Shown here one piece after another: positions 30,791 to 40,419 of a stretch of DNA of 64,000 nucleotides. Origin of the DNA: an uncultured Pelagibacteraceae bacterium (lineage in GTDB: Bacteria > Pseudomonadota > Alphaproteobacteria > Pelagibacterales > Pelagibacteraceae); assembly GCA_902624185.1 (NCBI GenBank), contig CACNWU010000001.1, forward strand, positions 4,085-68,084. Direction: 5' to 3'. Every line of letters starts with the position of its first letter. Position 1 is the stretch's first letter. Both the position numbers and the translations under genes were made by a program. Below the pieces are notes generated by a model. That model saw only the letters and a program-made list of their open reading frames with translations. It did no database searches and had not been told where the DNA came from.

Positions 30791-30864
30791 GGCAACGTGG
30801 CGGAATGGTTACGCAGAGGATTGCAAATCCTTGTATCCCGGTTCGATTCCGGGCGTTGCCTCCA
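30791..30864 (+). tRNA. tRNA-Cys(GCA)
   Basis: GGCAACG acceptor stem, anticodon arm GAGGA-TT-GCA-AA-TCCTT, GGTTCGATTCC, encoded CCA. Confidence 0.97.
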
Positions 30865-30914
30865 AAAAAAATCTTGTTTTAGTGCGAAAAAAAAGTAAGT
30901 TGAACTTTTTACAT

Positions 30915-30990
30915 TCCTCGGTAGCTCAGTTGGTAGAGCAGTTGACTGTTAATCAATTGGTCGCAGGTTCGAGTCCTGCCCGAGGAGCCA
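30915..30990 (+). tRNA. tRNA-Asn(GTT)
   Basis: TCCTCGG/CCGAGGA acceptor stem, TTGA-CT-GTT-AA-TCAA, GGTTCGAGTCC, CCA. Confidence 0.97.
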
Positions 30991-30994
30991 AAAA

Positions 30995-31363
30995 CTACCC
31001 CACTTTAGAAATGTTATTATTTATTTGTAAAGATTTACTAAATTTTATTTTTTGATCTTGTGTAAGCTCTGCATAAATTTTAGCTAAAAAATTATAATTA
31101 ACATTCATATGTCCTTCTTGTGACTTTTCTAAATTTATTAGATATTCAGAAAAATCTTCAAAAAAATAATTTATTGGTACTTTTAAATAGTTTGAAAGTT
31201 GCAATAATCTTATTGAACTTACACCATTAGTCCCTTTTTCATATTTTTGAATTTGTTGAAATGTGACGTTAATTGCTTTTGCTACTTTTGTTTGTGTTAA
31301 ACCTAAAGCCAACCTTCTAAGCTTGAGCTTATTGCCTAGATGCTTATTAAAATTATCTTCCAT
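30995..31363 (-). CDS. XRE-family HTH regulator (PhrR/PraR-like)
   Basis: RRLALGLTQ..VTFQQIQKYEKGTN motif of the conserved alphaproteobacterial family. Confidence 0.88.
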   Translation of the reverse strand: MEDNFNKHLGNKLKLRRLALGLTQTKVAKAINVTFQQIQKYEKGTNGVSSIRLLQLSNYLKVPINYFFEDFSEYLINLEKSQEGHMNVNYNFLAKIYAELTQDQKIKFSKSLQINNNISKVG

Positions 31364-31526
31364 TAAGACCCCTCTTAATTTTTATAAAAAACTTATTGAA
31401 CTAGTTTTTAATACCTACTGCAACTATATTTTTTTTTTATTTTAAGCGAAATCTTGGATAATTAAGGAATATGTCAAGCATTTCTTATGCTTAATTGTAA
31501 GAAATATTTCTTGAAATAACTATTGA

Positions 31527-32261
31527 CTATAGTATCTGGCTCAAAAAAAGTTTTGTTCTTTCGCTCTTTGGATTAGCAAAAAATTCCTTTGTATCGGCTT
31601 TTTCTACTATCATGCCCTCATCCATAAAAATCATTTGGTCAGCAACTTCTTTGGCAAAACCCATTTCATGAGTAACCACAATCATTGTCATACCTTGTTT
31701 TGCTAAATTCACCATAACATCAAGCACTTCCTTAATCATTTCTGGATCTAAAGCAGATGTTGGCTCATCAAAAAGCATTATTTTGGGCTCCATACATAAA
31801 GCTCGAGCAATAGCTACTCTTTGTTGTTGACCTCCAGAGAGTTGACCGGGGTATTTTTGAGCTTGATCTAAAATTTGAACTCTTTCCAAATGTTTCAAAG
31901 CTAATGCCTCTGCATCTTTCTTTGGCATTTTCTTCACCCATATAGGAGCTAAAGTGCAATTATCTAAAATTGATAAATGTGGAAATAAGTTAAATTGTTG
32001 AAACACCATACCAACTTCTGCTCTTATTTGTTCAATATTTTTAGTATCCTCTGTCAATGTGGTACCATCAACTACAATGTCACCTTCTTGATGTTCTTCC
32101 AATCTATTAATACATCTAATTAAAGTAGATTTTCCAGAGCCTGAGGGGCCACAAACAACTATTTTTTGTTTTGGTTTAACTTCTAAATTAATTCCTTTTA
32201 AAACCTGGAAATCTCCAAACCACTTATTCATGTTATTTATTTGAATAATATTATCTGACAT
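31527..32261 (-). CDS. aapP: General L-amino acid ABC transporter ATPase (AapP/BztD/YhdZ)
   Basis: [38 protein letters not shown]. Confidence 0.93.
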   Translation of the reverse strand: MSDNIIQINNMNKWFGDFQVLKGINLEVKPKQKIVVCGPSGSGKSTLIRCINRLEEHQEGDIVVDGTTLTEDTKNIEQIRAEVGMVFQQFNLFPHLSILDNCTLAPIWVKKMPKKDAEALALKHLERVQILDQAQKYPGQLSGGQQQRVAIARALCMEPKIMLFDEPTSALDPEMIKEVLDVMVNLAKQGMTMIVVTHEMGFAKEVADQMIFMDEGMIVEKADTKEFFANPKSERTKLFLSQIL

Positions 32262-32267
32262 ATTTTT

Positions 32268-33710
32268 TTATCGATCTGTTTTATATTTTTGTTCTAAGTT
32301 ATAACTATATTTACTCATTGCATAACAAATAATCCAGAAAATTATTGCAGCAAATACGTAGCCTTCCATAGCAAAACCTAACCATTCTGGATTGGTTTTA
32401 GCCAAATTTAACATTCCAACTATTTCTAATAGACCAACTACAAAAATTAAAGGAGTATCTTTGACTAAAGCTAAAAATGTATTTGCTATACCGGGAATAA
32501 CCAATTTCAAAGCTTGGGGTAAGATTACAAATATATGCATTCTCCAATACCCCATCCCTAATGATTTGGCAGCCTCATATTGACCTCTCGGCAAAGCCTG
32601 TAATCCACCTCTTATTACCTCGGCAACATAAGCAGCCTCAAATAATGAGATGGCTATTATACATCTAACCAATTTATCTATAAAAAAATCTGCGGGTAAA
32701 AACATTGGAAACATTACAGCTGACATAAATAAAACTGTTATTAATGGAACACCTCTCCAAAATTCAATAAAACCTATAGATATATATCTGATTAATGGGA
32801 ATCCTGATCTTCTACCCAAAGCAAAAGCCATTCCTATTGGAAAACAAAAAATTAGACAGAAAAATGAGATTATAAAAGTTAAAGATAATCCACCCCAGGC
32901 ACCAGTTTCTACCCAATTCAATCCATCTAATTTACCTAATTCAATTAATTCTTCATAAAAAATGAAATATTTTAACAAAATATACAAAGCTAAAGGAACT
33001 ATTAAAAAATAATAAAACTTAAATTTGCTAGGAATAAAAAAACCAATAATTATAGATAGAATTGCAGCAATTATACCATATGAAAAATCAAAGAACACTG
33101 GTCCTCCTGAAATGAAGAAAAAGATGAATAAGAAAGCAATAAAAGGGTAAATTACAACATAATAAAGTGTTAAATACTTTTTAAATTTATCAGTTGCAAA
33201 ATATCCAACTGAACCAAGTAAGGCTAAGGCTATAAATGATAAATTTATTCTCCATTGTTCTCCATTAGGATACATTCCATACATAAATCTTCTCATCCAA
33301 ACTTTAATATACGTCCAACAAGCACCCGATCCGGTACAAACATCTTTTGAGTCACCAGCAAAACTAGCATCGACAAAAAACCAACTTGCTATGGGTGGAA
33401 TTGATTTTAAAATTATGAAGATAATTAACAGTGATAAAATAGCGTTAAAATTATTTGTATTTATATGTTTATTTAATAAATCTAATTGTTTAATTCCACT
33501 TAACTCAATCCTAATGAAATAGAGCCCAATAAAACCTAATATTAGTGGTAACAAAAAACTTAAAAAACTAGGTAAAAAGCCAGTTATATTTAAATCAAAA
33601 AAAGAATTTAATAATACATCTAAAACACTAATGAAAAATAAAAATGAACCTAGATACAAAAAAGTATAAAGATTAGATTTATCTGGTTTTAAAAAATTAA
33701 TTTTAGACAT
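32268..33710 (-). CDS. aapM: Amino acid ABC permease (AapM/BztC/YhdY)
   Basis: GACW, WGGL, RGVPLITVLFM, AEVIRGGLQA. Confidence 0.92.
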   Translation of the reverse strand: MSKINFLKPDKSNLYTFLYLGSFLFFISVLDVLLNSFFDLNITGFLPSFLSFLLPLILGFIGLYFIRIELSGIKQLDLLNKHINTNNFNAILSLLIIFIILKSIPPIASWFFVDASFAGDSKDVCTGSGACWTYIKVWMRRFMYGMYPNGEQWRINLSFIALALLGSVGYFATDKFKKYLTLYYVVIYPFIAFLFIFFFISGGPVFFDFSYGIIAAILSIIIGFFIPSKFKFYYFLIVPLALYILLKYFIFYEELIELGKLDGLNWVETGAWGGLSLTFIISFFCLIFCFPIGMAFALGRRSGFPLIRYISIGFIEFWRGVPLITVLFMSAVMFPMFLPADFFIDKLVRCIIAISLFEAAYVAEVIRGGLQALPRGQYEAAKSLGMGYWRMHIFVILPQALKLVIPGIANTFLALVKDTPLIFVVGLLEIVGMLNLAKTNPEWLGFAMEGYVFAAIIFWIICYAMSKYSYNLEQKYKTDR

Positions 33711-34861
33711 TATTTTTCCGTTATCGCTATTTTTTTATTATACCAGTTCATTAATATAGAAATTGAAATACTCAAAGACAGATAAGTGAACATTGTTATA
33801 GATACAATTTCAATTGCTTTACCAGTTTGCATCAACGCCGTTCCAGCAAAAACTAATACTAAATCAGGATACGCTATTGCAGCCGCTAATGAAGAATTTT
33901 TAGTTAAATTTAAGTATTGATTTGTTGTTGGTGGTATTATTATTCTTAGAGCTTGAGGCATTACTACTAACTTCAAAACTTGATTGGGAGTTAACCCAAT
34001 TGATGCTGCAGCCTCTTTTTGACCTTTACCAACACCTTGAATACCTGCCCTCACACACTCAGCTATAAAAGTTGCTGTGTATAAAGACAAAGATAACGCT
34101 AAAGCAATTAATTCAGGTGGCAAACTAACTCCCCCTTCATAAATAAATGATGTTGTTGCTAATTGTTTTAAAACAGGAACTTCGAATGATAATCTCACAC
34201 CACCAATTAAAAAACTTAAGAGTGGTAAAATCAAAATCAATCCTATTGATATTAATAAAACTGGTGTTTGTTTACCTTGAGATTCTTGTAATTTTTTTGC
34301 ATGAATCCGAATTACAATTATTGCTATAATTGCTGCAACTACTGAATAAAAGAAAATATTAAAATTTTGCCAAATAAAAGCAGGTACATATAAACCTTTT
34401 ATTGTTAAGAATGAAATTCCAAACATTGGTTCAGCATCCTGTGGAAGTGGTAAAGCTCTTAAAGCAGCAAAATACCAAAAAAATATTTGTAATAATAATG
34501 GGATATTTCTAAAAAACTCTACATAAAATGCTGCGAACTTATTAATTAAATAATTTGGAGATAGTCTTGCTATTCCAACTATTACTCCAAGTATTGTTGC
34601 AAAAATAATTCCAATTACTGAAACGAGAATAGTATTTAATAAACCAACTAAATATGCTCTAAAATAAGAGTGAGATCCATCATACTCAATCAAAGAAAAT
34701 TGAACATCAAATGAAGACTCTTGTGATAAAAATCCGTAACCAAAATCAATACCTCTATTTTCCATATTGACTTGGGCGTTGTAAGTAAAAAAACCAAAAA
34801 CCAAAACAACAGCTATAACTGTCATTAATTGTGGACCAATATCTTTAAGTTTAAAATTCAC
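33710..34861 (-). CDS. aapQ: Amino acid ABC permease (AapQ/BztB/YhdX)
   Basis: GLLNT, RNIPLLLQIFFWY, NQYLNLTKNSSL; GTG start. Confidence 0.92.
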   Translation of the reverse strand: MNFKLKDIGPQLMTVIAVVLVFGFFTYNAQVNMENRGIDFGYGFLSQESSFDVQFSLIEYDGSHSYFRAYLVGLLNTILVSVIGIIFATILGVIVGIARLSPNYLINKFAAFYVEFFRNIPLLLQIFFWYFAALRALPLPQDAEPMFGISFLTIKGLYVPAFIWQNFNIFFYSVVAAIIAIIVIRIHAKKLQESQGKQTPVLLISIGLILILPLLSFLIGGVRLSFEVPVLKQLATTSFIYEGGVSLPPELIALALSLSLYTATFIAECVRAGIQGVGKGQKEAAASIGLTPNQVLKLVVMPQALRIIIPPTTNQYLNLTKNSSLAAAIAYPDLVLVFAGTALMQTGKAIEIVSITMFTYLSLSISISILMNWYNKKIAITEK

Positions 34862-34885
34862 AATGGGGATAATATAAGAGTTTAT

Positions 34886-34917
34886 AAAAAAAGGGCTAGA
34901 AAAATCTAGCCCTTTTT
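34886..34917 (-). terminator. Intrinsic terminator/stability hairpin after aapJ
   Basis: AAAAAAAGGGCTAGA-aaaa-TCTAGCCCTTTTT, T-tracts on both strands. Confidence 0.85.
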
Positions 34918-34936
34918 ATTCAATTTATAACTTAAA

Positions 34937-35977
34937 TTATCTTGATGGTGGAACGTATAAAATACCACCTTTAGTCCATAATTCATTTGGACCTCTGTCT
35001 GGTAAAATACCAGTGTCAGCTATATTTCTCTTATAGCTTTCACCATAGTTTCCAACTTGCTTGATAATTCTTAAGTTCCACTCATTATCTAAACCAAATG
35101 CTGCACCCATTTCACCCTCAGCACCAACAAGTCTTTTGATTTGTGGGTTGTCTGAAGTTTTCATTGAGTCTGCATTAGATGAAGTAATACCGTATTCTTC
35201 AGCTTCAATCATTGTATTTAATGACCATCTTACGATATCTTCCCATACTGGGTCACCTTGTCTAACAACTGGTCCTAAAGGTTCTTTAGAAATAGTTTCT
35301 GGTAGAACAATGTGTTCATCAGGGTTTTTCATTTTAGTTCTTTGAGCAGCTAAACCAGATTTATCAGTAGTGTAAGTATCACATCTACCAGCATCATAAG
35401 CAGCTACAACTTCATCAGCTTTTTCAAACGCAACTGGCTCATAAGAAATTCCTCTTGAATTAAAGAAGTCTCTCATATTTAGCTCAGTTGTTGTACCAAT
35501 GTTTGTACAAGCTGAGATACCATTTTTGAATTGGCTAGTTGAAGTAATACCTGAACTTTTTCTTACCATGAAACCTTGTCCATCGTAAAAGTTCACACCT
35601 ACAAATGTAAGTCCGATATCAGCATCTCTAGAAAGAGTCCAAGTTGTGTTTCTTGATAAGATATCAATCTCACCAGAAGTTAAAGCTGTAAATCTTTCTT
35701 TAGCACTTAGTGGTGTAAACTTAACTTTGTTTGCATCACCTAGAACCGCAGCAGCTACCGCTCTACATACATCAACGTCAACACCAGTCCAATTTCCTGC
35801 AGCATCAGCATTAGAAAATCCTGGTAGACCTTGAGATACTCCACATCTTACAAAACCCTTCTTTTGAGTGTTTTTAAGTGTTTTAGATTTTTTAGCAGCC
35901 ATAGACTCTGTTGTAAAAGTGAACAACACAGCTACCATAGCAACTAAAGAAGTTAATTGTTTTAAGTATTTAAACAT
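34937..35977 (-). CDS. aapJ: Amino acid ABC substrate-binding protein (AapJ/BztA/YhdW)
   Basis: CGVSQGLPGFS, RNTTWT, YDGQGFMV, ISKEPLGP, VGNYGE. Confidence 0.95.
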   Translation of the reverse strand: MFKYLKQLTSLVAMVAVLFTFTTESMAAKKSKTLKNTQKKGFVRCGVSQGLPGFSNADAAGNWTGVDVDVCRAVAAAVLGDANKVKFTPLSAKERFTALTSGEIDILSRNTTWTLSRDADIGLTFVGVNFYDGQGFMVRKSSGITSTSQFKNGISACTNIGTTTELNMRDFFNSRGISYEPVAFEKADEVVAAYDAGRCDTYTTDKSGLAAQRTKMKNPDEHIVLPETISKEPLGPVVRQGDPVWEDIVRWSLNTMIEAEEYGITSSNADSMKTSDNPQIKRLVGAEGEMGAAFGLDNEWNLRIIKQVGNYGESYKRNIADTGILPDRGPNELWTKGGILYVPPSR

Positions 35978-36152
35978 ATTTCTTCCTATTGTTTATTTAT
36001 TTGTTAACAAATAATTCAAAATAACTTTTGAATATTCATAATTTAAGCATGTAAGAAAATACTCTTCAAGACATATTTATTGCGACTATTAGGTTTAAGG
36101 AATTCTAGTCAAGTATAATATTTATTAAAAAGATAAGTAAAAATGATAATTC

Positions 36153-36229
36153 TGGCGCGCCCTGGAGGATTCGAACCTCCGACCCTCGGTTTAGAAAACC
36201 GATGCTCTATCCAGCTGAGCTAAGGGCGC
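36153..36229 (-). tRNA. tRNA-Arg(TCT)
   Basis: Reverse complement GCGCCCTTAGCTCAGCTGGATAGAGCATCGGTTTTCTAAACCGAGGGTCGGAGGTTCGAATCCTCCAGGGCGCGCCA. Confidence 0.97.
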
Positions 36230-36261
36230 ATATAATTGATTAATACATATACAATAATTAA

Positions 36262-37668
36262 TTAATTTTTAAAAAGAAATTTTTTAATAAGAAGTAAAAT
36301 TGTTAACAATTCAATTCTACCTACAATCATAAAGAAAATTAGAGTGTATTTTGTTAAGAAATGAAGATTATTAAAGTCAAACCCAGCTAGCCCATAAATT
36401 GATGAATTTACAGTATTCATTAATGTCAAAATAGATAATTTAAATGAATTTTCAAAGTTAATATCACTTAAACTTAAAAGTGAAGCGAGTACCAAAAAAG
36501 AAAAAATAAATATTAAAATCGTTAAAAAATACTTGTTAATTTCATCAAAATTAAAGTTAATTTTTGTAAACATTAGCTTGTTCATAAATATATTTTTTGG
36601 TCTACTAAATGATAAAATTTGGTTCATAGAATATTTAAACAGAGAGTAAACTTTTATAAATCTTAAACCAGAGCTAGTAGAAAAAAAAGAACCTCCTATA
36701 ATTACTAAAATCAAAAATATAAAAATTAAATTTGGTTTTCCAGTATCAAGAGAAAAACCAATATTAGAAATACTAGTAGCTATAGCCAAAAAATTATCAG
36801 AAAAGGCACTATTAAAACTAAAAAAAAGAAAAAAAATTGTAATTACAATTATTAAGTAGATTATTAAATGTAAATCCTCATAAAAAAAATTAATATTTCT
36901 GTTCTTAATGAAAATCAAATTATAACCAAAAAAGATACTAAAAAAAGACAACAGCATTAATAATGATAAAATCACAATTTGAGAATTCTCCTTAAAAATA
37001 GTTGATAAGTCATTTACAGGTAAAAAACCTCCTGATGAGATTATTGTAAAAGCAAGATTTAATGAGTCAAAAGCTCTTATTGAAAAAATATTTAGAATTA
37101 TGAATATTAATAATGTTAGACCTGAATACAAAAGAAATATCTTGATTGCTTGTTTAAATATTTCTGAGCTATTAAATGAAATAAAATTTGTTAAAGTTTT
37201 TTTAAAATTTTCATCGTAAATATCAATTAAGAAAATAATAGAAAATAAAAAATAAAGTCCACCTATCCATTGTATGGATGATCTCCATAAAATTAAACTC
37301 TGGTCAATATGTTTAATATTTTCAAAAATGGTAAATCCTGTTGATGTAAAACCAGAAACTGACTCAAAAAAAGAATTCAAAAATGTAAGATTATAAATGC
37401 TAAAATAAAATGGAATAGATAAAACCAAAGGTAATAAGATATATCCTATTAAGACGGTAAAAATTTTATTATAGATACTTGGTTTTATTTTTGGCCCACT
37501 TAACTTATAGAATAAAATTGATACTATTAATGATAATATAAAACTCCAATAATAAGTATCTAAATTTAGATATAGGTTCAAATAGTAAGAATAGATTATA
37601 TTAAAAAAGGATAAGACCGAAATTAGTCCAAAAAAGAAACTTAAATATTTAATTTGCAATGCAAACAT
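36262..37668 (-). CDS. trkH: Trk-type K+ uptake membrane subunit (divergent)
   Basis: FESVSGFTSTG, LWRS..QWIGG, MIVGRIE; follows trkA. Confidence 0.9.
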   Translation of the reverse strand: MFALQIKYLSFFFGLISVLSFFNIIYSYYLNLYLNLDTYYWSFILSLIVSILFYKLSGPKIKPSIYNKIFTVLIGYILLPLVLSIPFYFSIYNLTFLNSFFESVSGFTSTGFTIFENIKHIDQSLILWRSSIQWIGGLYFLFSIIFLIDIYDENFKKTLTNFISFNSSEIFKQAIKIFLLYSGLTLLIFIILNIFSIRAFDSLNLAFTIISSGGFLPVNDLSTIFKENSQIVILSLLMLLSFFSIFFGYNLIFIKNRNINFFYEDLHLIIYLIIVITIFFLFFSFNSAFSDNFLAIATSISNIGFSLDTGKPNLIFIFLILVIIGGSFFSTSSGLRFIKVYSLFKYSMNQILSFSRPKNIFMNKLMFTKINFNFDEINKYFLTILIFIFSFLVLASLLSLSDINFENSFKLSILTLMNTVNSSIYGLAGFDFNNLHFLTKYTLIFFMIVGRIELLTILLLIKKFLFKN

Positions 37669-37671
37669 TTT

Positions 37672-39063
37672 TTAAACTGAGCTCAATCTAAAAATATTTT
37701 CTACAAAAGAAATTGAGTCTTTCTTAGCAAGAAAAACAACTTGATCATCCTTTTTAAAAACAAAATTTGATCCTGGGATAATAACTTTCTTATTTCTAAG
37801 CACGGCTCCAATTCTTATTTCATCAGGTAAATTAGAATTCTTTAATTCTTTATTTATCAATTCTGATGTTTCTATAATTTCTGCTTCGATTACTTCATAT
37901 TCTCCATTTGAAATAGTGTAGGCATTTTCGATTGTTCCCTTATGAACATGTTTTAGAATACTTGAAACCGTATTCATTCGAGGATCAATTAAATCATCAA
38001 TCTTTAATGATGATTGTAATAAAGAATAATTTGGTTTATTGATTAAAGCCATTGTTCTTTTATCATCAATTTCTTTTTGATCTTTTGCAAATTTTTCCAC
38101 TAATACACTAACCATTAAATTATCTTCATCATCATTAGTAAGTGCTAACACAGTTTCAGCTTCATCTAAATTTGCCTCAACTAAAACTTCCTCATCTAAT
38201 CCATTGCCGTTAATTACAATAGTATCATTTAACTCATTAGCCAAATATTTTGCTCTTTCATTATTTTTTTCAACAATTTTTACTCTTACAGTATCCAGTG
38301 TTTCTTCAATATTTTTAGCAAGATTATATCCAATATTACCACCACCTATTATTAAAATTTTTTTTGATATTTTTTCCTCATGACCAAAAGCTTTTAAAGT
38401 TTCTGACATTTGTGATGAATTAATTATTACGTAAATCTTATCATCTTTCTTAACAGAGTCGGTTTTTTTTGGGATAAAGAACTTATCCTCTCTATTAATA
38501 CCAATTACATTAGCCTCAAGTTTTGGATATTTTTTTGTCAGCTCATTAAATTTAATATCTATTGACTTACAATTTTCCTTAATGAGTATTTCTAATAATC
38601 TGATCTTATTGTTAGCAAAAGGAACGCTATCTAAAGCTCCTGGTGCCTCTAGTTTTCTTTGAATTGATTTAGCAATCTCAATTTCGGGTGAAATGATTAC
38701 ATCTATCGGTAAATTTTCTTTACTGTAAACTCTAGTAAATTTCGGATTCAAATAATCTTGAGATCTAATTCTAGCAATTTTTTTTGGAATATTAAATATT
38801 GAAAATGCTATTTGGCATATCAACATATTTATCTCATCATTTCTTGTTACTGCAATAATCATATCCGTTTCTGTAGCATTAGCTTTTTCTAGAATAGAGG
38901 GATAAGTTGCTTTACCTACGATGGCTTTAACATCTAAACTGTCGTTAATTTTCTGAATATCCTCACTGGATTGATCTATCACTGTTATAGAATGCCCTTG
39001 TTCACTCAATAGCTTAGCTATAGTAAAACCAACTCTACCAGCACCACAAATAATTATGTTCAT
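37672..39063 (-). CDS. trkA: Trk system K+ uptake NAD-binding subunit
   Basis: Two RCK domains, GAGRVG and GGGNIG. Confidence 0.97.
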   Translation of the reverse strand: MNIIICGAGRVGFTIAKLLSEQGHSITVIDQSSEDIQKINDSLDVKAIVGKATYPSILEKANATETDMIIAVTRNDEINMLICQIAFSIFNIPKKIARIRSQDYLNPKFTRVYSKENLPIDVIISPEIEIAKSIQRKLEAPGALDSVPFANNKIRLLEILIKENCKSIDIKFNELTKKYPKLEANVIGINREDKFFIPKKTDSVKKDDKIYVIINSSQMSETLKAFGHEEKISKKILIIGGGNIGYNLAKNIEETLDTVRVKIVEKNNERAKYLANELNDTIVINGNGLDEEVLVEANLDEAETVLALTNDDEDNLMVSVLVEKFAKDQKEIDDKRTMALINKPNYSLLQSSLKIDDLIDPRMNTVSSILKHVHKGTIENAYTISNGEYEVIEAEIIETSELINKELKNSNLPDEIRIGAVLRNKKVIIPGSNFVFKKDDQVVFLAKKDSISFVENIFRLSSV

Positions 39064-40419
39064 TTAGTTAAATTCTTTTATCCCGAGACCTTTTAATTTC
39101 CTATGAAGTGCGCTTCTTTCCATGCCAACAAAATTAGCTGTTTTAGATATATTTCCATTAAATTTTTTTAATTGAATAGTTAAATACTCTTTTTCAAAAT
39201 TTTCTCTAGCTTCTTTTAGTGGCACGGATAAGCTGTTTTCCCTTATTTTATCGGTCAAACTGTCGATTTTTATAGACTCCTTAATAATATTCGAAACTTT
39301 TTCTTTACTTTCCGGCTGCAATATAGCTATTCTCTCAATCAAATTTCTAAGCTCTCTTACATTTCCCTTCCAGTTATGACTTAAAATATAGCTATCATTT
39401 TCATCAATTTCTAATTTTTTTATATTATAGCTCTCAGATATTTTTGATGAAAAATATTTAACAAGAAGAGGAATGTCAGATACTCTCTCGTTAAGAGATT
39501 GAATATTAATCTCAAATACATTTAGTCTGTGATAAAGATCTTCTCTAAAATTACCTATTTCAATCTCATCTAAAAGATTTTTACTGGTTGAACAAATTAG
39601 TCTCACGTCCACATTAACTAAATTATTACCGTTTAATCTTTTAAATTTTTGATCAGTTAAAACTCTTAATATTTTAGATTGTATATCTAATGGGATCTCA
39701 GAAACTTGATCTATTAGTAAAGTACCCTTATTTGCTTTTTCAAGCGCACCATAAGATATTGATCCATTCTCTTTTTCTTCACCAAATAATTCTAATTCAT
39801 ATTTATTTGAGTCAAGCAAAGCTCCATTCAAAATAATAAAAGGTTTATTACTTCTTTTAGAATTTTTGTGAATTTTTCTTGCGATTAATTCTTTTCCAGA
39901 ACCGGATGGACCATTTATTAAAACTCTACTATCTGTAATAGAAATTTTATCAATTTGATCACGTATATTGCTAATATTTTTACTATTACCTATCAACTCA
40001 TAGGAGGAAAATAATCTGTTAGCATATTCTTTATTTTCTGACTTCAATTTAATGTTCTCTACAGCCCTTGTTATAAAATTAAGCAATCTTGCTTGATCAA
40101 AAGGTTTTTCTACAAACTCAAAAGCTCCATGTTTGAGTGAATTGACTGCCATTTCGATATTTGCATGACCAGTAATTATAATGACTGGAACATCTTTATT
40201 TTTAGATTTAATGTGTGATAAAAGTTCTATACCATCATTATCTCCTTTATCTAGTTTCACGTCTAAGATTGCTACATCAGGCATTTTTTTGTCTATTTCA
40301 CTCAAAGCTTGATTATAGTTTGCTGCAACCCTTGTTTTGTAACCAGCATCTATTATAAGTTCATTGAGGATATTTCTTATATCCACATTATCATCAACTA
40401 TTAAAATTTCTATTGCCAT
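39064..40419 (-). CDS. ntrX: Response regulator NtrX
   Basis: REC + AAA+ (GPSGSGKE, FREDLYHRL) + HTH (GMERSALHRKL). Confidence 0.95.
   Translation of the reverse strand: MAIEILIVDDNVDIRNILNELIIDAGYKTRVAANYNQALSEIDKKMPDVAILDVKLDKGDNDGIELLSHIKSKNKDVPVIIITGHANIEMAVNSLKHGAFEFVEKPFDQARLLNFITRAVENIKLKSENKEYANRLFSSYELIGNSKNISNIRDQIDKISITDSRVLINGPSGSGKELIARKIHKNSKRSNKPFIILNGALLDSNKYELELFGEEKENGSISYGALEKANKGTLLIDQVSEIPLDIQSKILRVLTDQKFKRLNGNNLVNVDVRLICSTSKNLLDEIEIGNFREDLYHRLNVFEINIQSLNERVSDIPLLVKYFSSKISESYNIKKLEIDENDSYILSHNWKGNVRELRNLIERIAILQPESKEKVSNIIKESIKIDSLTDKIRENSLSVPLKEARENFEKEYLTIQLKKFNGNISKTANFVGMERSALHRKLKGLGIKEFN

Noticed and set aside
30831-31055. 74-aa ORF on + strand
   Set aside because: Overlaps tRNA-Cys and tRNA-Asn; spurious translation of tRNA sequence
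30791-36229. Possible tRNA-anchored genomic island between tRNA-Asn and tRNA-Arg
   Set aside because: No integrase and no duplicated tRNA 3' end seen; content is a conserved transporter operon
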